This document shows positions 1 through 11,827 of a stretch of 64,000 bases of DNA, in pieces. Position numbers and translations under genes: made by a program. The stretch comes from Eledone cirrhosa (Eukaryota). The notes under the pieces were generated by a model. That model ran no database searches. It was not told the origin of the DNA and saw only the letters and a list, made by a program, of their open reading frames with translations. The number at the start of each line of letters is the position of its first letter. Positions within the stretch are counted from its first letter, which is position 1. The stretch covers positions 36,766,001 through 36,830,000 of the forward strand of contig OZ024746.1 in NCBI GenBank assembly GCA_964016885.1, read 5' to 3'.

Positions 1-65
1 ATATATTAATCAAGCATACAGAAAGTTAAAGCAGCATTGGAAATAATTATTAGTGAAATAATTAG

Positions 66-232
66 TTTCTACTTTTGGCACAAAGCCAGCAATTACCCCA
101 GTGCATTACTGGTACTATAATTTATCGACCCCGTAAGGATGAAAGGCCGAGTTAACCTAGGCGCGATTTGAACCTTAAAAGAGCTTAACCCTATTCTACA
201 AATCATGGCGTCCGAGCTTCTACCGATATTGC
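66..232 (-). mobile_element. tRNA-type SINE copy (degenerate)
   Basis: Reverse complement matches the SINE at 2315-2500 (ttctacttttggcacaaagccagcaatt...tttatcgaccccgtaaggatgaaaggc...atttgaac). Confidence 0.8.
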
Positions 233-1531
233 CATTTCACCCATAAAAGAGAGGAAAATATGGGAAAAAGCAAGAAGTATTAGGCAAAGGAAAACAAGAA
301 AAGGTCAGGAAGATATTGAGAGACTCTACCCATAGTGTAGTGTGGTGTTTTGACAACGAACAAAATAACAGAGGACTTTTGGCAGAAAGTGGCCAACGAC
401 ACGCCCTGCAGCAGTCAACCCATATCAAGTGGCTTCTTCCTCGCACGGCCTACACTCGTTCCAATTTTACGGAGAAACTCAGCTGTACGGAGTCTCAGAA
501 CGCTCAAGATATTGACAGTGACTTGTACTTACAATCTGATTTCGAATCACCCCAGGATCAGTTTAGTTTTTCGTTCTCATAGGATCAAAGAAATTATGAT
601 CCATCTGCAGTATTGATGTACAGAATTATTTTTGGATGCATGATTATGAATATATAAATATAACATATTGGAATTTCGGATATTTTTGTTCTTAACAATA
701 CTTTGCGCATTATGTAAGATAGGGTCTTCTATATAGATATTTGTAACAACATATATTTGCAAACGCCAAATCATCAATCTTCCTCTATGTATTATTATTA
801 TTCTGTGAAGAACATATTCGTTTTTCTTCCCCCAATAATTTCAATGGATTACCTTATTAATACGATATTATACAATTTCTTCTTGCTATTGTTTCTTTAT
901 ATTCTTTTCTTTTTTATTTTTTTTTATCGTTATTTTTCAGAATCATGTGACTATCGTTGCTATAAATAATACAATACATTCTCCTAGCAGCATCCTCCTA
1001 TCTTTACATGTTATGGAATAATTGGTGTACGTTATTGTTTTTTTCGTGACTTTTTCTCCATGAGAAGTGCTTTGGGCTGTGTTAGACACTGTGACATCGA
1101 GTGAACCAGCAGTAGCGTCGGTAGGAGTTGCAACTGCCAATGTCCATCTCCACGGGAGAAAATCTTGGAGTTTTGTGTCTTTCGGGTGAATTTTCTTTCT
1201 TTTTTTATCTTAAAAGATTTTATGTTTCCTTTAAGAATGCTTTTCTTTCTTTCTGCCTTGTTTTCGATGGATGTATTCTCTTTAATAATATTCCTGATTT
1301 TGTCATATATATGTATATATAGGCAGAGGAAGAAAGAAGGTTGTGTAAGAGAGAGAGAGAAGGGGGGAGGGAGAAATTAAGAATAAACGACATCGGGGAA
1401 GCAGCATATCTACAATTTTATGGATATATCACAAATGTTTCGATATCAAGTGATGACCACGATCAAAAATTGAAGCCAATACATTAATAGAATACAGACC
1501 TGATTTTTATAATAAAAATGACTTCTACATG

Positions 1532-1535
<4 letters not shown>

Positions 1536-1608
<73 letters not shown>

Positions 1609-1613
1609 TATAT
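1536..1613. repeat. (TA)n microsatellite
   Basis: Read directly. Confidence 0.95.
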
Positions 1614-1614
1614 A

Positions 1615-1721
1615 AAATGTTAGTTCTACATGGCTGAATACAATAATTGCAATCGAATCGAATTAATATTCGGAAAACCCAGATTACATGTATTGTATTC
1701 AGCCATGTAGAGCGAACATTT
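1615..1721. repeat. Foldback inverted repeat, ~32-bp arms
   Basis: aaaatgttagttctacatggctgaatacaata ... tattgtattcagccatgtagagcgaacatttt; the loop sequence recurs at ~2076-2128. Confidence 0.85.
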
Positions 1722-1775
1722 TCTTGTTAATTGAATTTGGCAAAGCCGGCCATTTATCGCTCGTATACAATAAAC

Positions 1776-1884
1776 TGACTGGCCAGTCTGCTGATATGCA
1801 AATCTGGCTGATCAGTGGATCTGCTAATATGCAGCTCTGACCGATCAGCCAGTCTGCCAATATGCAATTCAGGCCGATCAGTCA
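1776..1884. repeat. Minisatellite, ~33-bp unit, ~3.3 copies
   Basis: Repeated (c/t)gatcag...tctgc(t/c)aatatgca unit. Confidence 0.75.
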
Positions 1885-2314
1885 CTGTGTATTTTTGAAA
1901 ATATCATATATATGCACTAGCTCTGACAGTTTGGCAGGTGAACGGTAACCTGTACTGATGGCGTGTGATACACAGAAAAATTAGTGTCTGCACTTCTGTT
2001 CACATGCCAACACAAGAGCAGAAATGAAGGCTTCATTCTACTGACATGGTTATGAAATTGAGGCTTGTTTGCATAATTGCAAACGAATCGAATGTTATTA
2101 TTAATATTCAGAAAACACAGAGTACATTTATATATATACATATATATATATGTGTGTGCGTGTGTGTGTGTATGAGCCTGTGTTTATTCGTACGCGTAAA
2201 CATTCACAGATTTATACATATATGAATATGTACATACATATATGCATGCCTACGTATATTCAATATATACTTATTTTTATAAATGCATATGCATTTTTAC
2301 AAGCATTATTTATA

Positions 2315-2500
2315 GGGCGGTGGATTGGCAGTATCGGTAGAGGGTCGGACGCCATGCTTTCCAGCATAGTTACGTCCCTCTACGATCTGAGTTCAAATCC
2401 CGCCGAGGTTGACTTTGCCTTTCATCCTTACGGGGTCGATAAAATAAAGTACCAGTAATGCACTGGATAATTGCTGGCCTTGTGCCTAAAGTAGAAACAA
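2315..2500 (+). mobile_element. Full-length tRNA-type SINE with target-site duplication
   Basis: A-box-like ggtggattggcagtatcgg, B-box-like gagttcaaatcc, core gactttgcctttcatccttacggggtcgataaaataaagtaccag; direct repeat attatttatagggc at 2305-2318 and 2500-2513. Confidence 0.9.
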
Positions 2501-5500
2501 TTATTTATAGGGCAAGCACTCTTCTCTTTGTAATCTAATTATCTTTATCACTCTCTCTCTCTCTCTCTTATCTTCTCTGCATCTCTATGTCTCTCTTCGT
2601 CTACATTGCTTTTATACTCTTAAATAAATATCTAGCGTATATCATAACTATGTTTCTGGCGTGAATGTCCACACGCATTCACCAATTCTTTAACTTACAT
2701 TCGAGAAACAAATGAAAATTAAAAAGTCCATGAAAAACGAGAAATTGAATAACGAATGATGATTAAAAAGTCCATAAAAAACGAGAAATTGAATAACGAG
2801 AAAAAATGTTTAACCCTGTGGTCATGAACTCGTTCTTTTGAAGTAAATACGTATAACGTTAGATCTACTACCTGAAAGAACTGATAGATAACTCTGATGG
2901 TTGGAGAATACCTGTGAAAATATAACAAAGAATAGATGTAACAAATAGCACAATACATAGATATATCGGTAAAATAATGGTTGAAATAAAAATAATATTA
3001 GCAATAATGGACATTAAAGTATTAAGATTAATACAAGCATATTATCGTGTAGAAAATGTATAAAGCCGAGATATATTTAAGACCGAAAAAAATCACATTT
3101 TAAAATATTGATAGCAGTAGTAGTAGTAGTAATTATAGTAGTTGTTGTAATAGTAGTAGTAGAAGTGGTAGTAGTAGTAGTAGTAGACGTTGTTTTTGCT
3201 GTTGTCTGAGGAAGACAAGGAGCATGATGTTAGGTAGGATGGTGATAATGATGAGGAGGGATAGAAAGGGTCGAAGGCTCCGTTTTGGAGTGGTAGGACG
3301 AGGAGGAGGAGGAAACACAATAGCAATAACAATAAAAGTGGATGGAGATAAAGATGACCACGATATAGATAGTATAGCATCATGAAGGGAAGGCGAATAG
3401 TATGACGGTAGCTATGGCGGCGAAAATATAAAAATGGCATGAATATTCTTGAGAATCATCTTGAGGAATCTAATCAAAGAATCCACCTTTGGCGCTCACG
3501 ACTGCTTAAATGCGAGGTCTAAAACGATGATGTACACGAATCAAATGATCTTGAAGTATTTTGATTTTTCGCTAGTAATAGCAAACTTCAGAAATGTTAT
3601 AATGTTATGGAGGCGTTGTTTGATTTCCCTCTCCAGTACGTAATAGTCCAACGAATTTATGTCTCTAGTGGTGAGATACCATATGTTGGGGATGACGTGA
3701 TCACAGAGATTGTAATACAAGCAAGCTTAGTGAGTTTTGCTTGACATGACGTTGCAATTGCTTGATGGTAGGTGTAAGGTCACCCTTTCCTCACTATCTC
3801 TATTCCAATTATTCATATTACCTCCTTTTATTCAGCAACATTGAAACTTAAACCCTAAGAAATGGTATGAGGAATTATACATCTACCTCGTTACTTCCAT
3901 TCCCTGAACTATCACATTTCCGGAGACATTCTGTGAATGAATTTTGGAATCTATTTGGGTTTTGTTTCATAATCAGATGTCATTACTTCGTTTGACCTTC
4001 TTGAAGCAAGCAAAATATTACTCATCAACGAAAAACAGAAAGAGTGAGGTGCAGAACAGATTGTTAACATTTGTTTTGCATACATTAGTTAGCAACTCCT
4101 CCTTGCAGGTGACATCTATAAAAGGTCCTCATTTACAATACGTACGATATTGTACACGAAACCTCGTGTTCTTTAGCAATGGCCACAGTTAACTGTCTAT
4201 GGTGTTTAACCATCATTTTCTCTAGCCTTCTTACGAATGTGAGTGTATTAGGACCATTATGAGACATTTACGTTTGGTTAACCAGTAGGATACTTGTCAG
4301 TCTCTTCCAATACTTTGCGAAACTGTCAACAAACGACTACGCCACTTTCCGGAATCAAGCAATATGTAAATCATACATATTCCAACGTCATTTTTCATTT
4401 GCTGTGGTAGGTCGGTGTCTGACATATTTTATCTGAAATGAAATGATTATCAGAACAAGTGAGAAAAAGGACAGAATTATTCAACTAAATAATGATGATG
4501 ATAATGATAATGTTTTTTTTTTTGCCTCGAATGCATGCGTATAGAGGACTATAAAATATAATTTATGCATTATGGGGGTCTTTCTTCACAAATGAATATT
4601 TTATTTACAACTTTATATAGAATATATATTTATAAAACATTCTAGTATATTTCAGTATATATATTATATTATTTATTCAAAATGAGGAAATGTTTAACAA
4701 AGCCTCACCAGAAAACCTAGCGTAAAGTCTAACTCAGATTTCACGTATTGATTCAATATACAAACGCACACTTAGGATTCACATCAAAACACAGGCAGCA
4801 AGGTAATCAGGCGATTCTCGACTAGGATGCGTTGCAGAATATTCAAAAAGAAGATTTGCGAATCTGTGAATAGGCATAATTTTAACAGTACATTAATGAG
4901 TTTACTACTCTATTTACTTACTAATTTCGTCTTACTAATTTCGTTTCAACGCAGTACCAAAGCAGTTAATACGCTGCAAATCTATGCCCACTTCTTCAAC
5001 ATATATTTTGATATAAAAGATAAATTTAGGTAAACAAATCCAAATAAAATTGTATGCTACAATATATCAAGCATAATATCAATTAACAAAGGCATTTCCT
5101 CGTTCCATTATTAACTAAACATCCCTGGGTCTCTAAATCTGGTGTCTCATATCATATGCCTAGATCTTAAGTTATATAATTCACTCCATTTCAGCTAAAT
5201 AAACATGGTCTCCCAATTTTTGTTTTACGTGTTTCTCGATCTTCCAGAAATATCACACGAATCACACGCGTATCCGATCTCTTTTGTTTTAAGGATGAAC
5301 AGATTATATCGGTAATGTTGCCCTAGTTATAAAAAAATTGAATTAGATTTCCATAGATGCTTTGAATTACGTACCAGTCGTTCACTAGCCAGATTAAAGG
5401 CTAAACTACAATGTCTGCATTTTCCGAAAAATCATGTACTATAAATGTTTTCAACGGATCTATTAGAAATGTATGCCAAACATTCACTCATATATTTTCC

Positions 5501-6349
5501 TACTAAAAAGAGACGACACAAGGGATGGTATATTCCTATAATATTCTTAAAGGCCGGAATATTTTGGACTCATTGACTACTCAAATAAGTTTTACCTGAA
5601 TCTAAACGGCAAACGTTGACCATAATATCGTAATGACAACAACACCAAAAGCAGCAGCAACGCATGTAAAGGTTTTACATGTATTTCATGTATTTAGCGC
5701 TGTGTTACTGTTGTTTATATATTGTTCAATCAACACAATATGCTCTCCTTCAAATTCTAGTTATCATGAAGATTTATTTGGGTTAGAGCTAAAATGTCCA
5801 CATTCATTGTATTTGAGATTGTCGTCTTTGTTGATCGACAGGTAAAGTCTGGCCCACCAAACTTCAGGCAGATGTATCACGTTTTGTTCTATTGCTGAAG
5901 AATTGCTACGCTGGGGGGAATTATTCTTTACACACTTCTTACACATGAATTGTCTGAGATGATTATTCAGCTAAATAGTTATCCGTGACACGACAGAACG
6001 AATCCCGATTGAAATTCATCAATAATCTGTCAAACAGATCTGATACTGTTAGTTTCACACTTCGAAATCTGTAATCTGAAATATCGAAGCACAATACTTC
6101 ATAGATATTTTCCCCATTTAATTTCTCCTTGAAGCGGTGTGATCCAATTGTTTAGTTTATTTAGAAGATTCACGGTGCGGCCATAATATCTTTTGTTTCA
6201 ATATTCCCAAACCACTACTTATGTTAGAATCGTCTTTAGTCATTTAATGCCTTGCATATTTTTCAAATAATATTTTTTCCTATTTTAATTCTATTGCTAT
6301 TACATAATGGTAACTACTTTATCTTTTGTATTATATTACTATGTTTACG

Positions 6350-6880
6350 ATGTGTTTTTAACATCACTATATTTGTTTCTTAATCATCATAATTTGTATG
6401 TGGATATTATTGGGTTCATATTTTATATTTTGTTCATTTGAAACTCTTCAATGTCACTTCGGTAACGGACCACTCGTTTGATGTTGGTTTAATGGGGTAT
6501 TGTTCCTTCAACTCCTCGTCTACTTCAATTTTTCGACGCAAGCTGTCTCCGTTTAGTACATTACCATGTAAACCAGTTGATTAGTATCACTTACTGTTGC
6601 ATTGTTCAATGTTCAGTACATCATTAGTTTCTCATATTGATGTGGAATTGCCATGCTATTTCGTTTCTCCGTCATCTATTTCAGATCTTTTTGCCATAGA
6701 TATGTGCTAATTGTCAATTTACTCAACATGTTGTTTTTATTATGCTGAGTTGTTAATATCGGCAGATCTAAAACTATTTCCGATACAGTGATATAGACAA
6801 TGCCATCATTATTGATGTAGTTATTATTATTTAGATATTAAACATAAATATTACAGCAGAACGATATGTGCTGTTGCAAT
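6350..6880 (-). pseudogene. Highly degraded PLE GIY-YIG endonuclease relic (tentative)
   Basis: Minus-strand fragments such as ELKEQYPIKPTSNEWSV and GIVYITV resemble PLE endonuclease C-terminal motifs; many stops. Confidence 0.25.
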
Positions 6881-6913
6881 TCCAGATACAATCTATGATG
6901 TCTATATTTGCCT

Positions 6914-7199
6914 TGTACAGAAGAAGGTGAAGCAGTCAATTAATAAGGAAAAATTCATAACAGAAAATTCATACATGGTTTAAACAAGGTTTGAGGCATA
7001 TCCGGCAAAGGAATAGCATCTATGAAGGATATATATATGGTTGTATATATGTTGTGACATTTCGTGTGTTACCATCTACTGACGACATATATGTTTTATG
7101 TTTCACCTTGCCGGATATGCCGCAAACTTTGTTTAAACCATGTATGCATTTTCTGTTATGAATTGTTCGTTATGAATTGACTGCTTCAACTTCTGTACA
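6914..7199. repeat. Inverted repeat, ~95-bp arms with ~95-bp spacer
   Basis: tgtacagaag...gaagcagtcaatt...catggtttaaacaa...ggcatatccggcaa versus ttgccggatatgcc...ttgtttaaaccatg...aattgactgcttc...cttctgtaca. Confidence 0.9.
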
Positions 7200-7852
7200 T
7201 TAACCCTGCTTTGCTTGTGTTTCGGCTTCTTTCTGTGGTGTACCTATCCCTATGCAAAACTAACCCCTCTTATCCGCACAGCTCCACTACCCAATGGTGC
7301 TGAATATTAAATCCCCTCTGAAACTTATTACCATACTTTAAGGCCTACATGGCACTTTTCTATATGACACCCCAATGGATGCCTAGTCCTAGTATAACAT
7401 ATCTGCTGGATATTCCTACTTTGACTACTGTAATATTTGCCTGCACTGTGGCTCACCCTGTGAAACTATAGTACATAAGAATCTTTGTCATGGGAAATCA
7501 TCTAGCATATATCTATTCGACTGTGACCATTGCATGCTTTCTCTTCTCGAGTTTGTGTGCCCTCATACGCCTCTATGCCTTACCCTCTCTGTGGTTAATT
7601 ATTTTTAAAATATTTTTGAGTATTTTTTTGTATTGCCTTGTCTGATTTCATGTACCTTCACATGCATCTATCTCTTGTGTGATTATTTTATTTTACCTTA
7701 ATTTTCTTTAATTTGACTGTAATTTGAATGTATCATCCCCATACTTCTCATCTCCATTCTCCCTATTATCCTATTATCCTACCATATATTCTATTGTTCT
7801 TGTGATATAAGTCGATAGAGCTTATTCTCATTATTGTATTTTTGTTTTCAAA

Positions 7853-7897
7853 GCTTTGATGAGTCCTGCCCCATGGTATGGATGAAACATTGTCAGC
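7853..7897 (+). ncRNA. Type I hammerhead ribozyme motif (core C3>U variant), PLE-associated
   Basis: gct-TTGATGA-gtcc tgcc ccat ggta t ggat-GAAA-cattg-TC-agc: stems I, II and III and a GUC cleavage triplet are all present. Confidence 0.7.
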
Positions 7898-7943
7898 GAA
7901 TAAAAATTGATTGATGATATAAACACTCTTTCATTTCTTTTCC

Positions 7944-7997
<54 letters not shown>

Positions 7998-8053
7998 GGA
8001 AAAGAAAAGAAAGAGTGCTTATATCATCAATCAATTTTTATTCGCTGACAATG

Positions 8054-8055
<2 letters not shown>
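7886..8055. repeat. Inverted ~65-bp repeat around (TA)n (PLE pseudo-LTR-like)
   Basis: aacattgtcagcgaataaaaattg...cctaaata (TA)n tatttagg...caatttttattcgctgacaatgtt. Confidence 0.9.
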
Positions 8056-8093
<38 letters not shown>

Positions 8094-8098
<5 letters not shown>

Positions 8099-8148
8099 TA
8101 TATAGATAGATAGATAGATATATAGATACATAGCTAGATACCTAGATA
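8094..8148. repeat. (TAGA)n at Tx1-A 3' flank
   Basis: Read directly. Confidence 0.85.
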
Positions 8149-8369
8149 TATATATTTATTTATTTACCATAAAGGCATAAAAAGAAGGGACAAATACAAA
8201 GGGGGAGTTTATATACAATCGAGTAAAAAGGGTATAAAATGAAAATAATCGAAAATAACCTCAAAAGGCAGGGGACGTGATGGGGGTTGCACACACCCCC
8301 GAAAAAGTGTGCAATCCTTTGCCCGGGGAGCACATGGAGAAGGTGCTCCCCTCTCCTTCACTTCTTTAC

Positions 8370-11300
8370 CTACAGGATGGTATACAGAGAAGGCCCATTT
8401 ACACGAGCCATTCTCGCCACTATTACCCACCTATCATAAAACTGCCTGTGGCCAAGCACCTCTCTTTCCATTCTTATCCTTCTTCCGAAGTGATATCGGA
8501 AGAAGTAGACCAGACTATGGCCAGAGAGGAAGTTGCCTGACCTCAGACCTTTCAATCGTGTCCACCAAACAACCTCTTTCAACATGGCTATTACGCACAG
8601 AAAAACCGCCTTTGCTTCCTTTGTGAAGAGGGGAGGCGGTTTGATTGTCATCACGGACTCGGCGGTCAATTGAATCGGCGCCACCCTCGAAAGCAGTCAT
8701 TCGGCGTAGCCGCACAGATCAGCCACGCCTGGACATTGCACCAATGCGTGCGCAACGGTTTCTTCGTGACGCACGCATCTAGGGCAACCCTTTTTTGAGG
8801 GATCCCTGCCCGGGCGCCCGTGTCTGTATAGCCTCTCTCGAACGGGTAGAGCCCCCCGGTAGCACTGCCAGGCTAGTGACTTCTGGAAGTTGTCCATTGG
8901 TCCCGGACCGAAAGTCCTACCGAAAAGGCTGGCCAGTTCGTCCTCTTCCATGTCCAGCGACTCTCCAAGGGTGTCATCGCCCCTGCTAGCCACCAGCCCT
9001 CTATAGAATGAGGAGGTGGATTCTCCACCGATGGCCTGGCCCGCTTGCCAGAGAGCCCTGAGCGCCTGAGCACACTCAGTGTGCAAGTCTCCCAGTTTTC
9101 CGGATCATTGCTTTACCCAGGACTGCAGCTCGGTGAGCGAGACGAGTCTCGGAAAGGCTCGTTTCACGAACGGAACCCACACCGGTTGACCAGTGAGGAA
9201 TACCTGTAGGTGCCGTAGCCTTAATGGGTGCCTACGCATCATCACCACGGCATTCCCAGCCCTCCTTTCGAAGGTTGTTGGCAGCAGATGGATCTTCTCA
9301 CCATCGGAGGGCGCTTCTTCCAAAGAAATTGGAAGAGCATGCGTTCCATGGTGGTGAGTGTTTCCTTAGGGCAAGGCACGACAGTCAGGTGGTAGTAAGT
9401 GACGGACGCTATGTAAATGTTCGCCACCTCCGCCCGGCCTTATAGGGACAGCTTACACTTGGCCCATTTCTGGGTTAGTGTAAACACCTTGTTCGTAACC
9501 TCGTCCTAGTTCTTTTCCACCTGGAGGTCCGGTCCAAACCAGACCCCAAGCAACTTTACCCGGCCCTCCGTCCAGTGTCCGACGACACCATCGGGAGGCA
9601 TCGGTCTGCCTCTCCACGTTCCGAGTTGCAGCCCGATGGATTTTTCCCGGTTCAGTTTCGCTCCTGACAACCTTTCGTAATCCTCCAGTAAGGTACCGAT
9701 CGCCTCGATTTCCGAGTCGGTCGATACCATTACTGTTACGTCATCGGCGTAGGCCGACACCGCTTTGCTCAATCCTGGTTCCAGGGGATACCCTGCAACA
9801 GCTCCAACTTCCTCAGTAAAGGCTCGAGAGTCAATACGTACAGAAGGGAGGAGAGAGGGCACCACTGTCGAATGGATCGTGTGATTTCGAACGGCTTCGA
9901 AAGGTAGCCGTTCACCTTGATCCTAGAACAGATGTGGTTGCTATGTAAGGCAGTGATCCACCCTCTGAAAACAGGACCGACCCCACCGCCGCTAGCACCG
10001 CATCCAGGAAACCATGGTCGACCCTAGGCCTTAGACTGATCCAAGTTGATCAGGGCCCCACCGAAGCCGGGTTTGTTGCCAACCCTCTCTATGAAGTATC
10101 GCATGAGGTGGAGGTTATCGTGAATGGATCTGGATGGGATAGCACATGTCTGCGCATCTCCCACCAGGCTACCCACGACAAGCGCCAACCTCTTTGCTAA
10201 CACCTTGGCCAAAATATTTAATTCTGTGTTTAGCAGGGTTATGGGCCGAAAATTATTTATACTATCCCCCTTGTTCTCGTCCTTTCTCACCAGCGAGACT
10301 GCGCTCTTGGCTACAGAACAAGGAATTCTCCCGTTCTGCTGCCAATTGCAGTAGACCGCTTCGAGGAGTTCGTAGAAGAAGACCGGCATTGGTAAATAAA
10401 GTTCGTAAGGTATACCATCGAGACCTGGAGATTTGCGTCTGCTGCATTGGCTCAGCGCATCTCCGATCTCATCAGCCGAGATTGGTCCCTCGCAGGACTC
10501 TGCCTCTTCGCTCGAGAGACGCGGCAGGCCGTCGAGGTATGGACCGAAATCCACGTCCCCGCCCGGACCCTCGCCTCCCCCGAATAATCGGGAAAAGTGC
10601 CTTTGAAAGGCCTCGCACATCTGCTTAGGCTCCCGGATCACCCGTCCATCCTCGTTTTGCAACGACCGGATGGTGGATCGATTTCCACTCTTAGCTTCTG
10701 TCACGCGGGCCCAGCCAACGGCTTTGGCCCCCTCATTACCTAGAGCACGTATTTTACTTCGAATGACGCAGCCTTCGTGCTTTGCATCGAAAAACTGGTT
10801 CAAGGCCGTCCTCGATGCCAGCTCTCTGGCCACATCTTCGCTCTTGATTGCGTCTTCTAATTTACCTGTTAATTCTTGCGCGTTTCTATTCCTATCGGCA
10901 GCTAACATCTTGCTATAACTTATTGATTCTGTTCTAATCTCTCTTTTGAGAGATGCCCACCATCGGTTGTTGACGATTGCACCCGTCAAACTCTAACTAA
11001 TCTGCTAATCCGGTTTCTGTAAGTCTCTTTTGCCGGTAAAGAGAAATTAAGTTTCCAGTAACCGGGACACTGTTTATGTGTTTTCTCGAGATTAACTACG
11101 CAGGTCACTAATTTGTGATCCGTATAGCCAACCGTGCGCATTTCTGGACAGCTTAATATGTCCCTATCCTTACTTCTAATTAAGAATCTATCTAAGTACG
11201 ATCTAGATTGACCACTGTGGTTTCTCCAAGTTCAGGTAGGCACAGTTGGAAAATCTAGTCGATATCTATCGACCAAGTTAAAACGGTCGAGTAACCCCTT

Positions 11301-11794
11301 GAGGCTGTTACACCCCCTCTATTAGGACATGGTCCTGCATAGTCCCAACGTGCATCTAGGATGTCACTCCAATCCCCCGCTAGAAGCAGGGAACGCGACG
11401 TTCCCAGAAAAGTCTCCAAACGCTGGAAGAAGTCGGGCCGTTCAGCTCCGAAAGGGGAGTAGACGGCGACCAGTCACAAGGCCGCACCTTCACTACTGCC
11501 AACGTCTAGCACCAACAAACGACCCTCCGGGTCCGAGTGAACAACTTGTACGACAAGACCCAGGTGTTTTTGCAGCAGTACGACAACCCCACCCCCACCT
11601 CCAGGTTGACAGAGAGATGCATGCACCTCAAAGTCATCGAAGGTAGGGGCCAGCTTCCGCACGACGCTGATCCGAGTCTCACAGATAACCATTACATTTA
11701 TACAACATGACCTGAGGATATTTAGAAGCTTTGCTTGCTTCCAAGTTGAGCCCAGGCCACGTGCATTCAAACATCCTACTCTTAACACATCCAT
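8370..11794 (-). pseudogene. Tx1-A ORF2 (APE endonuclease, RT, zinc finger), frameshifted
   Basis: MDVLRVGCLNARGL, CETR, KSPGLDG, FRPITLLN, LDQSKA, YADD and CPRC..ETVAHALVQC are spread over several frames. Confidence 0.92.
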
Positions 11795-11827
11795 GTGGGC
11801 GGCACAGCCAAAGGAGAGTGTAGAGAC

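Noticed and set aside
1776-1884. CRISPR-like array
   Set aside because: Contiguous diverged units without unique spacers; eukaryotic context; no cas genes.
2315-2405. tRNA gene
   Set aside because: The A/B boxes belong to the SINE head; no cloverleaf, and the SINE body, tail and TSD follow.
2717-2800. ~43-bp tandem duplication (a similar one lies at 45755-45880)
   Set aside because: Ordinary local duplications with no further signal.
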